Shown here one piece after another: positions 27,999 through 41,673 of a stretch of 64,000 bases of DNA. The number at the start of each line of letters is the position of its first letter. The stretch's first letter is position 1. This DNA is from the human T2T-CHM13v2.0 reference genome, Homo sapiens. Made by a program: the position numbers and the translations under genes. The notes under the pieces were generated by a model. The model was not told where the DNA came from and ran no database searches. It saw only the letters and a list, made by a program, of their open reading frames with translations. The stretch lies in assembly GCF_009914755.1 (NCBI RefSeq), contig NC_060928.1; one strand, given 5' to 3'.

Positions 27999-28460
27999 TG
28001 TATTAAGTTGAATTCCGTAGAGCAGAGCTGGAGATGGGGATTCTTGTGCAAGCGACTTGAGAGTGTGCTTTAAGGTGAAACCTCTAAGAGAGTGAGGAAA
28101 GCAAGACAGGGCAGAGGAAGAATCGAAGCAAATGTGTGTTCAGCTGAAGTCTAACCTTCCTTAGCCTGATCCCACATGGGACACTGGGTATAAATGGAAC
28201 CACAGACTTGCCCCACCATTAGGAAAGGAGGCTGAGCTTTGGCACTCCTTTATCAGTTACCATCTGGCTGGGGCCTATTGTTTATGTGGGGAGAAGTATA
28301 ACTTCTCAGGTGTTTTTGGATGGTGGCTCCCATAAACTGATGGCATTTCTCAGAAGAGGGTAGCTATGAGCTCTTGGCAGCCAATACTCTCAACAGCTGA
28401 TGGAAGAGTCTTGATGTCTGAGAAAGGGCCCCTGGTGGGACACCACCAATGTCCATTACA
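27999..28460 (-). mobile_element. Old ERVL LTR (LTR33-like)
   Basis: agcagagctggagatggggattcttgtgcaag motif; TG...CA ends. Confidence 0.55.
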
Positions 28461-29749
28461 ACCAGTATAATCTATTCAAAGAACACTGAGAAATCAATGT
28501 TCGAGGGAAACAGCTTTTCTTATAATGGAATTTAAACTATATTTTCATAATGAATATAGTATAGAAGAAAGAACACTTTATCGGGAATTAGGAGTTCCCA
28601 GTTCTCTTGTGTAATCCTCATCTCCTAGCTCTCACAGCTATTATCTGTAAAATTTGTAACATAATCTTTAAGTTCTCTTTAGCTTAAAAGTCATTTTCTA
28701 TTATTCTCTTTTATTATACACAGTTTTCTGCTCATTAACATGATCTATTTTCATTTGTTGGATATATCTTATTTAAAAGAGTCATAAGAACTATCATTTC
28801 CAAATTTCACTCATTTATTTAACAAATATTTATTCGAGTTTTGGGCAGTGAGAAATAGAATAAGACAGAGCTCATAATCTCATGAAGTTTATGTTTTTTT
28901 AATAAGCAAATTTTAAGAAATGTTGTTTAAAATATATGGGAAGGCAAGAAGTTTTCATCTTAGAAAAATAATTAATTTGAATTTATATTAAAATCTCTAC
29001 ACAGCAAAGAGTTAAAAGGAATATAATAAGGATATCGTTTTTCTGACATTTGAAAATGTATGTAGAGTGGATTTTTTTTAAGTAAGAGGATTCTTGAAAA
29101 TAAAGAAAGAATAAACTCTTTAGAAAGGTTTTTTTGGTCTTGCATTGTTTACTTGTTGAAAATTCTTTTTGGTTAAAATTATTAAAGAAGCCAGCCTCTT
29201 CCACTTAAACTGTGAGATCTTCTGAGAGGATGTAAACAAATATGCCAAAAAGACTCTGAGCAATCTTAAGTGCGTTTTCTAGCAGCATGAACAAAGGCAG
29301 TCTGCTCAGCAAAAGAACCCTGAAAAGCAGCCAAAGCAGCAGTCTAAGTAAAAGGGAGAGAACTCAGAGGTCAAAGTGAAAGTGTTAGTGAAAGTAGCAA
29401 ATCTCTTACTAGATATTGAATTACCCGGTGAGGGAGTCTATAAGCCACAGCTGAGTGCAATCACAAAGATGCCAAAAGAGATGCCAGATAGTTCATGTTA
29501 GTAGTCACAAATGCATGTGGTTTAAAAGGCGAAAAGAAACCAGCTGAGAAGTGAAACTTAAGTTTATTAAAATTTTACTAGCATATTGTCAGGATGTATT
29601 GATAGAGAAAGTATATTGTCTATTTTGTTTCAACATGCAGCACGTGTAGTGATATTTGTATTCTATTTAACGGACCTATTTAATAAACTTGGTAATAATT
29701 AATTTATATTCAGCATATTCAGTTTTCACTATTATTTCAAGGTTTTTAA

Positions 29750-30124
29750 ATTTTAAAATATTTAATTGACAAATAAGGATTTTATGTATTCTGTTTACAA
29801 CATGATGATTTGATATACCTATACATTGTGTAACGATTACAATCTAATTAATTAACACATTCATCAGAACTCGAGCTGTACATTAGATCCCCAGAACTAG
29901 TCATCTTATAACTGTACTCTTTGATTAACATCTCCCTATTTCCCCCAAACCCCAGCCCCTGGCACCGCTTGTTATATTTTTTGAATGAGGTTGACTTTTT
30001 TTCAATCATGAAATATTTGTCATTCTGTGTCTAGGTTATTTTACTTAGCATAATGCCCTCCAGGTTTATCTATGTTGACACAAATGGTGGGATTTACTTC
30101 TTTTCTATGGCTGAATAATGCTTC

Positions 30125-30160
<36 letters not shown>

Positions 30161-31045
30161 CACATTTAAAAAAATTCATTCATCCATTAACGGACACTCA
30201 GGTTGTTTCCATGTTTTAATTATTGTGAATAAATGCTGTAATCAACACTGGGATGGAGATATCTCATTGAGATACTGATTTCACTCCCTTGGATATATAC
30301 CCAGAAGTAGGATTGCTAGATCTTATAGTAGATCTGTTTTTAATTTTTTGAGGAATCTCCATACTGTTTTCCATAATGACTGTACCAATTTACCCTCCTA
30401 CCAACAGTGTACAAGGGTTCCCTTTTCTCCACACACTCACCAATACTTGTCTTTTTTAGAAAAGCCATCCTAACAGGTGTGAGGCATTAGCTCATTGAGG
30501 TGTTATTTAATTGTGGTTTTAATTTGCACTCTCTGGTGATTAGTGATGTTGAGCATCTTTTCGTGTACGTGTACTTGTTGGCTATTTCCATGTCTTCTTT
30601 GGAAAAATATCTATTTAGGTCATTTGCCCATTGTTAAATTGGGTTATTGGGTTTTTTTGGTATTAAATTGTGTGAGTTCCATATATATTTTGGACATATG
30701 ATTATAATACCCTTAGCAGGTATATGGTTTGGCAATATTTTCTCCCATTTCATAGGTTGTCTTTTCATTTGTTCATTGTTTCTTTTGCTGTGCAGAAGTT
30801 TTTCAGTTTGATGCGGTACCACTTGTTTTTGTTTGTTTGTTTGTTTTTGCTTTTGTTGCCTATTCTTTTGGTGTCATATCCAAAAAATCATCTCCAAAAC
30901 CAATATCAAGGAGCTTTTCCCCCTACATTTTCTTCTAAGAGTTTTGCAGTTTCAGATTTTACGTTTAAGTCTTTAATCCATTTTAAGTTAGTTTTTGCAT
31001 ATGACGTAAGATCAGGATCCAATTTCATTCTTTTGTGTGTGTTTT
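29750..31045 (-). mobile_element. LINE-1 3' fragment (L1MA type)
   Basis: Antisense L1 ORF2 end and 3' UTR; the minus-strand ORF contains MKRQPMKWEKI. Confidence 0.85.
30128..30158. repeat. (GT)n microsatellite
   Basis: About 15 perfect units. Confidence 0.95.
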
Positions 31046-33586
31046 CATCATGAATTCTTGCCAGATACTTTTTATAGCATAAATGCTGAGATTTGAAGAG
31101 TTATGATGCAGGTGCCCAGGTGGGGAGACATTATTAATAGTAATAATGGTGTCTCCCCACTGTTACTGTCTTGGCTTGGAGAGAGGAAAAGGGAATCCAT
31201 TATTATACAGCACGTCATCATGCAGGTAACTTACAGCCAACTTATGTGGAGGCACATTCTTAAAATGTATTAACGTATCTGTCTTTGTGTTAAATTATTT
31301 TCTAAATTAAAAATAAAATATTTTGTATGCTAGATAAAAATAATACTTACCAATTACCCAATGAAAAATGTGCTACATTCTCAATCAATACACTGTTATT
31401 CAAAATAATATAATTACACAACAAACAAAGATTTTATATTTTCATGTGTTTTTAACTTGTAAGTAACAGATTTTCAGATTTTGCATACTATGCATATTCT
31501 GTTATCTTGGAAAAAACCAACATAGCCTAGTGATTTAAGCTACCAGTACTCCTCTTTACCTATTTTTTTGTGTGCATGTAAACCATATACAATTCCTACA
31601 GGAAAAAGAAGCATTTTATTTTTCTGGAAATGTCCCTCCCTTATCCAAAGAGATATCAATCAAAAGTCCATCACAGGAGTGATATCCTGATCCAAACTTG
31701 TAATCAGAGGCATCCTCGGGACTTTTTAATTTTTATTTTTACTGTAGCCAGTGGGCAAGATTACTGTATTTTTGTCTGAGACTGGTAGCTTAGCACTAAC
31801 AATAATCTAAGTCTAGAATCAGTGAACATGTCTTCACCACCTCATAGGGAAGTGTCTGCCTATGAATGAAGACTAAGGAGAGGAGAGTTAAGATGTGACT
31901 AGAGAGGAAGAGAGAGACACTGTTTGAGCTCCTGGATCCAGTCTCAGCTATGTCAAAGGATGTAGATCTCTAAATTTATTAGTTAGATGAGCCAATAAAT
32001 GTCTTCTTTTTACTTAGGCTAGTGTTGATTGAGTTTCTGTCACTTGCAACCCAAGAATCCTGGCCATTATGCCTACAGTTTTATTTTGTTTATGCTTAAT
32101 TTCTAAAACATCAAACAATAAAAAGTTAAACATCAAAAAGTATCTTATAAGTGTATGATGATATGTCAAATATTTTAAAAGCAATTAAATAATAAAGCTA
32201 CTGTAATGAGTCATCCATAAAGTTTATGACAAATGTTCCATTTTAGAAGACTATGGAAGGTAGAGCTTTGGTTATAATCATGTCACATAACATAGTATAG
32301 ATGCTAAAACTGTGAGCTCTGGAATCCAATTGTCTGATTTTGAATCCCAGCTCAGTTCATTATAAATTCTCTGTTTTTTGGCAAGTTACTTGACTTCTTT
32401 ACCTCAGTTTCCCCAAGGTGACCGTCATCACAGCGCTGGGGGGACAGTTCAACGTAATAATACATGTAAAGTGTGCCTGGCACATAGTAAGGAATCAGCA
32501 AATATTATCTGCTATAAGTGCAATTTTGAGGGGGTTTATGAAAAAATTTACATCAAAACGAAGGCAATTGGTGGTAGCTGTAGGATTGTCAGCAATGAAG
32601 AAGAGGAGGATAAACTACTGAAGAGACACTTGTGGACTACAATCTGGGAAAGCACTCTGATGAGATCATTTTTAGTTAAATGCCAACTGACTTGCTAATT
32701 TGGCATAACAGTGCCTTTATAAACATCCGTACCCTCAGCTAGGATTTCTGTATGGGGAATAAAGTGAGTGAAGTGGAAGCAAAATTTTCTATTATTTATT
32801 CTGGTTGATAATTTGTATGATTGAGAAACTTTAGTAGTTTGGAGAAATACAGTACAGTAGTGTTTGCATGGTCTATTCAAGGCACTTATTGAAACATAGC
32901 CCATGTGTCTGAGGATTATTTTACTATTAAGTGTGTGTATATTTGAGAACCATTTTCTGGCTTCACTTTCATGCTTGAAGTAGAATGAGAACAAATCAGC
33001 AAGCATTGTGACCTATTCAGTGTACTTCAGGGGATTATCATGTTGTTTTGTGTCACTCAAGGTTAGGAAGTCATAAATAGATCAGGGATTAGTGTTGGCA
33101 CAAGAACCAGAAAGAAAACAGGTAGATACATTTTCCTGGGTAACTTTTATAGGCAATATTATTGCAACTCACTAGACTACAACCTACTAATATGTTGATC
33201 CTATGGAATCCATGTGCTTGTCATCAGGGGATGACTCAGAAGGGAGTATGTTGCTAATAGCTACTCTATGATTCTCCAAGAGTCCCGGATCTGCAAATTG
33301 GTACAGAAAACTTCCTTAATAAACTGTAATCCATGTTTACTCATATAATTACCATTGATCTGAAAAGGTAAAAGGGAAAATTGTATGTCCTAGTCCATTA
33401 GTCTCATTAAACTTTTGTCAAATTATAATAAACAGAAAGTTTTCATAGTTCTAAAATAGTATGTGTTTAAATGCAACATTAAATGTTCATAAGGAGAGGT
33501 GACATCTAAGTTAAATATGGTTTGGGAATTACAAACATGTAACAAGCATATAACATTTGAGCTTTAATCTACAGAGAAATTTTGCA

Positions 33587-33756
33587 CTAAAGACCAGTTT
33601 TGGATAGGATCCAGTCTCAATAGTATGTCACTTGAGTGTAGACACTAGGCTTGTTTGGAAGAGCACGTTCATTTCTCCAGCTTTCAATACCAGCAGGGAA
33701 CCTTTAGCAAGGATGCCTTTAGAATCTGTACCAACCAGTGGTCCACCAGAGTCACC
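33587..33756 (-). pseudogene. TMPRSS11CP: Protease pseudogene terminal exon (catalytic Ser)
   Basis: tag|GGTGACTCT acceptor. GDSGGPLVGTDSKGI, then about 8 extra nt (frameshift near 33704-33711), then ...AGIESW...ALPNKPSVYTQVTYY*DWILSKTGL*. Premature TGA at 33619-33617; ancestral TAG at 33589-33587. Confidence 0.93.
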
Positions 33757-33764
33757 CTAGAGAG

Positions 33765-33765
<1 letters not shown>

Positions 33766-33830
<65 letters not shown>
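33766..33830. repeat. (CA)n(TA)n microsatellite next to the pseudogene terminal-exon acceptor
   Basis: About 27 CA units followed by a short TA run. Confidence 0.95.
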
Positions 33831-34459
33831 CTTATTATTTTCATCTACTGATCTTTAGGCCATTTTCCCAGAATGATGGAACACCTCGGCATCTGGATTT
33901 CCCTTTGCTGTAATTCTTCCTATCATCCTGGATAATTTTCAACATCTGTTGATGACACATGTAATACTTTAGCTCACAGTCTCTTGGCTTCCTTGACTCT
34001 GATCATTTTATTGAATCTTTCCATGTCACTCCTTGTTATCACCTGGAACTGCTCCACTTCTGAAACACCATTATTCAGTATTACGATTGAGTGCATCTAC
34101 CCCTTAAGTTTTTTTGTTCCACTTATTCCACTTTTTACTTTGTGTCTGCTCTTCAGTCTCACTAAGAATGTGAATCCCTGGACTCCTCTATGAATGTATT
34201 AGCTCATGTCCTCCTGCTCTTCTTTCTTTATGCCAGCTATATTTCATAATGCACCATACCACTATTCTGTCAACAGCTTCTCAGCTCCCTATCTTTCTCC
34301 CCATCATAGCCTGGGCCAAACCAGACACTGTGAAGCCATGTTACAAATTTACATCCTCAAACCAACACCTCTAAGCAATATTTACGTGTCTTTAGCCAGC
34401 TTCTTTTCTTTTCTTTTTTTTTTTCCAGATGACTGTTAGCATTTTTTTTTAACAATGAA

Positions 34460-34750
34460 GTATTTTTTAAAAACTTTTAGGTTGAGGGGCACACATGCAC
34501 ATTTGTTATATAGGTGAATTGCGTGTCATGGGGGTTTGGGGTCTAGGTTCTTTCATCACCCAGGTAACTAGCATAGTACCTGACATGCAGTTTTTCAATC
34601 CTTACCTTCCTCCCACCTTTCACCCTCAAGTAGGCTCTGGTGTCTGTTGTTCCCTTCTTTGTGTCCATATGCACTCAATGTCAGCTCCCACTTATAAGTG
34701 AGAACATGCGTTATTTGGTTTTCTGCTCCTGTATTAGTTTGCTTAGGATG
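34460..34750 (-). mobile_element. Short LINE-1 3' end (old L1PA type)
   Basis: gctcccacttataagtgagaacatgcg...ttggttttctg motif. Confidence 0.8.
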
Positions 34751-34994
34751 ATTAACCAGCTCCCTTTCTAATTTTTCAGGGCGGCCATTCCAAACTCTTG
34801 TGATTTCACAATTTTTGAAAATCCCGTTCCCTCATTCTGAATCTAGTGTATTACTTTTAAATTCTCAGAGTAAGTGGAGAGTAACAGTTGAGAATCCCTT
34901 CATTCCTTGTCTTGCCTTTTTGGCTTCTCAGATCACTTAAGTCAATCCACATCTGTGTCTACTTTTCTTCTTCTCAGACAGATAAATGTATTTC

Positions 34995-35995
34995 ATCTTT
35001 TAAAAAATTGAGATCTGATCTACAAATAAACATTGTATAGATTTAAGGTGTACAATGTGATGTTTTGATATACATATTCATTGTGAAATGATTCCCCCAA
35101 TCAAGGTAATTAACCTATTCATAACCTCACATATTTACTTTTTTTTGGTGAGAACACTTAAGATCTCTTTGAGAAAATTTTAAGTATACAATACATTATT
35201 ATTAATGGTAATCACCATGCTGTACATTAGATATCTAGAACTTATAACTGAAAGTTTGTACTCCTTGATCAACATCCCTTTACTTTCCCCAACAACTCCC
35301 CAAGGCTCCATCCGTGGCAACTATTGTTATACTATGTTTCAATGAGTTTGATTTTTTTTTAGATTCTAGGTATAAGTGAATGTATGGATTATTTTTCTTT
35401 CTGTGTCTGGCTTATTTTACTTAGCATAGTGTCCTCTAAGTTTATCATTGTTGTTGAAAATGACAGGATTTTTTTTTCTTTTATATGGCTGAATAATGCT
35501 CGTGTGTGTGTGTGTATCACAATTTTTTAATCTACTCATTCGTAGATGGACACTTAGTTTCCATATCTTGGCTATTGAGGATAAAGCTAGAATGAACATA
35601 GGAGTGTAAATATTTCTTTAAAATCCTGTTTACAATTCTTTTGGATAAATACTTAGAAGTGTGATTGCTGGATGCCATAAAAATATGATAATTCTATTTT
35701 TAGTGTTTTTGAAGACAATTCATACTTTTTTCCATAATGGCTGTACCAATTTACATTCCCACCAATGGTGTACTCTTACCAGAACTTTTTGTTAATAGTC
35801 ATCCTAACATGTGCAAGGTATAACCTCATTATGGTTTTAATTTATGCTTTCCTAGTGCTTAGTGATGTTGAGCATCTTTTCATGTACCTGTCAGCCATTT
35901 GCATGTCTTCATTGGAAAAATGTCTACTCAGTTTATTTGTTCATTTTAAAATTAGGCTATTTTGTGTTTTCTTTTTAGCATTGAGTTGTGTGAGT
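34995..35995 (-). mobile_element. LINE-1 3' fragment (L1MA type)
   Basis: atttaaggtgtacaatgtgatgttttgatatacat and agtgatgttgagcatcttttcatgtacctg motifs. Confidence 0.8.
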
Positions 35996-37688
35996 ACCCA
36001 AGAGTTCCTACAAAGAGGCTTGATGGAAGAGACTTAATAATGTTTACAGAATGTACCAAGAGGTCCATCAGGGTGGGTCAGTTTGGAAAATACAGAAGAA
36101 AACTCACATTAATAGAAAGTTCAAATACCTATGTAGTAGGAAGGAGACTGAGTGAAAAACACATGCAAGAGATTAGTTTTGAATAGTGAAAGAAACTTGT
36201 TTATCCCAAGCCCAGAGGGTGAGAATGAGTACAAACATAAATGTATCAAGGAGAAAGGAAATTAAAGGACTTCTCATATGATTGCTTCCATTTTTTCTCT
36301 GGTTAGTAGGAGAAAATATAATATGCTAAAGAAGATAAGGACATGGTGAGGTACGTAGGTAAAGAATATAATGAAAGTCCGGCATAGCACTATAAAAATG
36401 CATTAATAATTGTACAGTGTGTTAAGGACCCACATGTGATTATGTAACTCCAGTTTACAAGAAGGCATGATTTCGTCTAGCTGTTCTCAGCAGCTTGCAT
36501 ATAACAGCAAATACAGTTGATAGATCGTTCTGTGGTTGATGATTATTTGAATGGGTGTCGGGTAAGTCAAGGATGAAGTCACCGAGAGTGCTGTCAATAG
36601 AGTGGCTGAAATAATAAAACAAGGGTCCTAGGCTGTTTAAGGTTAGGAGAGAGTCATGAGGGTGGGGGGTTGATGGACTGAGAAGAAATTAAGAGGAACA
36701 GAGTTTTAAGCTCTTCATGATACTGAAGAATGGGTTTAGTGGGACAGTTGCAAAGCTAGAAATTTGTAATTAGAGATGATGATTATGTATTGCAAATACT
36801 TGTTTGCATGTCTGCTAGCTCCTAGAGTACAGGAATATGCTGTGTTCATTTTAACTTCCCTGAACATAGCACCGTATCTGGCACATAGGTAGTAGTCAAT
36901 AAATAATCACTACATGAAAGATTGCATGAATAAAATAAAGGTTTTCTTGGATTTATCACTGATTCTACCTGCTTAGAAACTTTTGTTAGCTCTGGGACTA
37001 TTGTTCATAAACAGCAACAATTGTTAAAAGCACATTAAGCATAAGGAAAAACATCTTAGTGTAGAGTTCAGAGCATAGGCCCTAGAGCCCAATTTCCTGC
37101 GTTTAAATCTCAGTTCTTTTGCCGCTTAATAGCTCTGTGAGTTTAGACAAATTACTTGATCTTTTTGTCTCAATTTCCTCATCTAGAAATAGGGCTTACA
37201 ATAGCACAAATATACTGCAGAGGACTGAGGTAACTATAATAAATTAATATTTGTAAAGTGCTGAAAACAGTGCTTGGCACATGGGAATACTATATAAGAG
37301 TTGTTAAATCAATAAAATATTTAGGATGTTGGAATCACATTGTGAAAGCTCCATGATTGTTAATTTTGCTATTAGACACAGCTGAATGTTTCTCAGTGAA
37401 ATGACAATCATACTAAAGTCACCAGTAAACCATCTCATCTCTTCATTGCTTATTCTAAATTGAGTTTCTTTCCCACTCCTGCTCACAGCTTTATACAGCA
37501 AGGTAATTTAGCACTTTAGGACTTTAATGAGACCTATTTGATATCATTGTAATTCTAATTAGATACTTTGGCTAGGAAACATACTTAAGCCTTTAAAAAT
37601 TGTCAATCCCTTGAGAAAACTGAACTGATTATTTGGAAATTTAAAACTACAAGAATAAAGTTCTTGAAATTAGAATAAACAGACTTAC

Positions 37689-37831
37689 CTGGCAGGCATC
37701 CACACGTGGCTCCAGGAACCCGGCACACAACATTCCAGATGTGATGACTCTGCCATCTGCCTCCCCATTGTTGCAGGTCCTATTATCTATAATCTTCACT
37801 AATCCCTTGTGGAGTACATTAGAAGTTGTTC
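37689..37831 (-). pseudogene. TMPRSS11CP: Protease pseudogene penultimate exon (S1 pocket, DACQ)
   Basis: 143-nt open frame TTSNVLHKGLVKIIDNRTCNNGEADGRVITSGMLCAGFLEPRVDACQ. Donor CAG|GTAAGT is intact; the acceptor reads AC instead of AG (37833-37832). Confidence 0.93.
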
Positions 37832-38282
37832 GTAAAGGAAGAAAATTGTATAATTTTTATTGATGTCACTATTAATCTTTCTGGCTAGGCTATTAGTATC
37901 TAACTTTAACACTATGTACAATTTCTAAATCAAATCAGTGTAAAGTATAATTAAGCTTTTAGCTGTAGTAACAAAAAAGCAAGTAATGTTTATAAACATA
38001 CCAAGCTGTTGCTGAAAAATGACCATTTTTAGAAATATTTAGTGTGTACATCTATATGTAATAAGATTTTTTCTTTTGAATTGTTTTGAAATTTTATATG
38101 TATTACATGTATTAATATGTAATAATATGTTTATTAATGTATTAATATGTTGTATATAAGTAAAAAAATAACATGAGCATATTTTGAATAACTCAATAAG
38201 CTATGTTTTAGAAGATAACTCATGGAAACTACATCTTATTTCTTATTCTGTACAGAAAAGATGTCTTAGAAAACAAAATGAA

Positions 38283-38645
<363 letters not shown>

Positions 38646-39393
38646 TCATATTGCAGGAGCATACATTTTATGATTATTTAAAAATTTTTAAGCTAAATTT
38701 TTACTGTAATTCTGAATCTTGAAATTAATTTTAGGTTTATTTTTCTGCTTTCAAACTGCATTTATAGCCATTAATAGCCACTAAGTGTTCACATTATTAG
38801 GGTCATGGGGATGCATATATTTAAATCTTTGCTCAAGTATCACCTTGTCACCTCATTAAAAATGCTGAATCCCCTACAGTCCCTATTTTTTTCTATGGCA
38901 CTTAACTGCATAAAATTTGCTATAACTTACTTATTTCTTTTAATATACTTACATCCTTCATTTCATGAAATTGTCCATTTTCCTTTGTTAAGGATGAAAG
39001 CTTTTTCCTTTTTTTTTTTTTAACTAAGAAAATAGGCAGGAATTATCTGCCCATTTCATTCATTAACGTATCCAAACCACCTAGAACAATCCCTGAACAA
39101 AGGTGGTAATTATTTTCCATTAGTAAATGAATAAATGAATGAAGGAAATGAATTACTTATTCAAATAATATATTTCTTGAAAAACTGCCATCTTAAGAGG
39201 AATTATAGTAAGCAGCTCTATGAAGTTATAGTTTCTGCATGAATGTTGTTGAGGATAATTTTCAATCCATTCCACATTGTACTCTTAAAAATGATCCAGA
39301 GAAAGTATTTTTCAGTTTAGGTGTAATTCTGAGTATTTTACTTTTTAACTCCTGAAATTCAAGCCATATAACGGAGTCAGGTGAGGAACTCAC

Positions 39394-39642
39394 CATCAGA
39401 CTTTAAATGATCCCCATGCAGTAACCACTGCTTCTGAATTGTATAGGAATATATAATTAACATCTGGAAGACATGCTTTTTGGATGTTGCTTGTATATAA
39501 CACTGGTGAAGATAGATGCACAACAGCAATGTCATTATCGTGTGCAGGGTAATGGTAGTTTTCTTGAATTATAACATTCTTGATATTTCACTGTGTTTGT
39601 GGGTTACTTAAAATAACATTCCATTCTTTGGGATCATGGACC
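39394..39642 (-). pseudogene. TMPRSS11CP: Protease pseudogene exon with catalytic Asp
   Basis: VHDPKEWNVILSNPQTQ*NIKNVIIQENYHYPAHDNDIAVVHLSSPV...ACLP...VVTAWG. TGA at 39590-39588, Asp codon at 39533-39531, apparent 1-nt insertion near the 3' end. AG and GTGAGT splice sites intact. Confidence 0.93.
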
Positions 39643-40492
39643 CTAAAAAATAGATTTATTAATTAAAAGTCCTGTGTATTGTACTTGTAGGAATTAATGT
39701 CTTACAATTTTAAAAACAATTAGGTATGTTTTGAGTTCCCATGATACTTGTAAGCATACAAAAATAAAGTTGTGTATAAGAGAAAAATAAAAATAATGAT
39801 AACATGAGCAGATTTTGAATAATGCAATGTTATGTTTAGAAGATAACCCATGAAAACTACATTTTATTTCTTATTCTGTATAGAAAAGACTGAAGGGGAT
39901 TTAGAAAAATAAATGATGACAATATAGGATAATAAGATTAAACAAAAAGTGGGCAAGGGTATGGGAAAGTGAACTAAGGGAAATTATGGAAATAGTCTAA
40001 ATCTTCTTTTTGACCATTAAAATCTATAAAAAGAAATGTATTTCTGACTTATTATTATTTGTTAATCCAGGATTTTTATATTAAGTGCTGAAAAATAGTG
40101 CTGCTGAAACATTTTCAAACTCTCTACTAAAGCAACATAAGAAGCAAGCATGATTTTGAAGAGAGCTGAGCAGGTTTGGGAGAGATTTTTTTGCTTAAAA
40201 AAGACCCAATGAGGGCTATATAAAATCAATGGAAGTTAATGAAAAATATCATCAAACAAAAGGGTAAACAAGTCTTAGTGAAAAAGGGCAAACTATTGGT
40301 GCAATAATATACCCTTTAAAGACATCATCATTTCAAATAGGGCTGTACAAATATAGAAAGATGTAGGATGAATTCAAAACCTATGACTAAATAATTTAAA
40401 CCAAACGCAATAATGATGAGAAAGAAAGAAGATCCATGTTCAATTGGGGATTTATAGTTTCTTTATAAAGATGAAGTACAGTGACTCTAGTG

Positions 40493-40691
40493 TAGTGGTT
40501 CTCAATGGGGGACAATTTCATCCCCCACATTTAGCAATGTCTGGAGACATTTTGGTTGTCAATACTGAGGGGTGCTACTAATGTTAGGAGTCAGGTATGC
40601 CACTAAATATCCTCCAATGCACAGGACAACTTTAACAAAGAATTACTTATACAGTCTAAACTGTCTATACTGCCATTTTTGACAAATCCTG
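40493..40691 (+). mobile_element. MER20 (hAT-Charlie) DNA transposon
   Basis: agtggttctcaa start, gcaatgtctggagacattttggttgtca core and aatgcacaggaca. Confidence 0.8.
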
Positions 40692-40841
40692 CTTCAGCCT
40701 ATGTCTGTCATTATGTTGATAATTAACTGAGTAATTTTGAGGCCATACCTCACAGTATTAAACAGTTGGATGTGTAGTTGTGTGGGTGTATTATTGAAAG
40801 ACAGTAGGCTTTTAAGGACTTGAGTGACTTTGAGGCCTTAC

Positions 40842-41013
40842 CTTATGAAGCAGTGAGCAGCAGTGATAAGCCAGCTGTTACTAAGCCATGTGGCTCCGCG
40901 TCGGTAGACATTGTTCTGTGGAAGGCTAGCTTGCCAGGGCCATTCTCCTTCCTCAGCATCCAGACCCTCTGCTATTCTGTTGCCAGAGGGAGTTATTGTG
41001 CATTGTCCACAAC
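40842..41013 (-). pseudogene. TMPRSS11CP: Protease pseudogene exon with activation site and catalytic His
   Basis: 172-nt open frame CGQCTITPSGNR|IAEGLDAEEGEWPWQASLPQNNVYRRGATWLSNSWLITAAHCFI. His codon at 40855-40853; cag and GTAAGG sites intact; conserved Cys42 (HRCG) replaced by Arg. Confidence 0.93.
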
Positions 41014-41128
41014 CTGCTCAAAATACAGTTCTGCTTATGCACGTATATTGGTATAGTAGAACCTACCACAGAGAATCTATCCCATAAAAGGAACTCAAGA
41101 AATATTTGTAGAAATGAAGTCCATATTG

Positions 41129-41438
41129 GGCCAGGTGCGGTGGCTCCCGCCTGTGTAATGCCAGCATTTTGGGAGGCCAAGGTGGGCAGATCACAAGGTT
41201 AGGAGATCGAGACCATCCTGGTCAACATGGTGAAAGCCAGTCTCTACTAAAAATACAAAAATTAGCTGGGTGTGGTGGTGTGTGCTTGTAATCCCAGCTA
41301 CTCAGGAGGCTGAGGCAAGAGAATCACTTGAACCAGGGAGTCAGAGGTTGCAGTGAGCCGAGATTACACCACTGCACTCCAGCCTGGCAACAGAGCAAGA
41401 CTCTGTCTCAAAAAAAAAAAAAAAAAAAAAAAGAAAAA
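41129..41438 (+). mobile_element. Alu (AluSc-like)
   Basis: Full Alu with poly-A and 19-bp TSD agaaatgaagtccatattg. Confidence 0.95.
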
Positions 41439-41673
41439 AGAAATGAAGTCCATATTGTATTATCCATGAGCTAGCTTTTGTTTTTGTATTTCTTTAAGCT
41501 TTTGCTTTTCTATTTCTTTAAGAAAATATCAGGAAGATATTTTGAAATAAAAATGATCACTTGATTACAAAGCCCTTTTCTGTAATGGGTATATTGCAAA
41601 GCATTTGTACAAATTTGTATAATTTGTATAATAAAAATATTTGCCATAATCAATGCGTGGGCATAAATTAATG

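Noticed and set aside
40820-41056. 78-aa plus-strand ORF
   Set aside because: Antisense shadow of the pseudogene His exon; the meaningful frame is on the minus strand.
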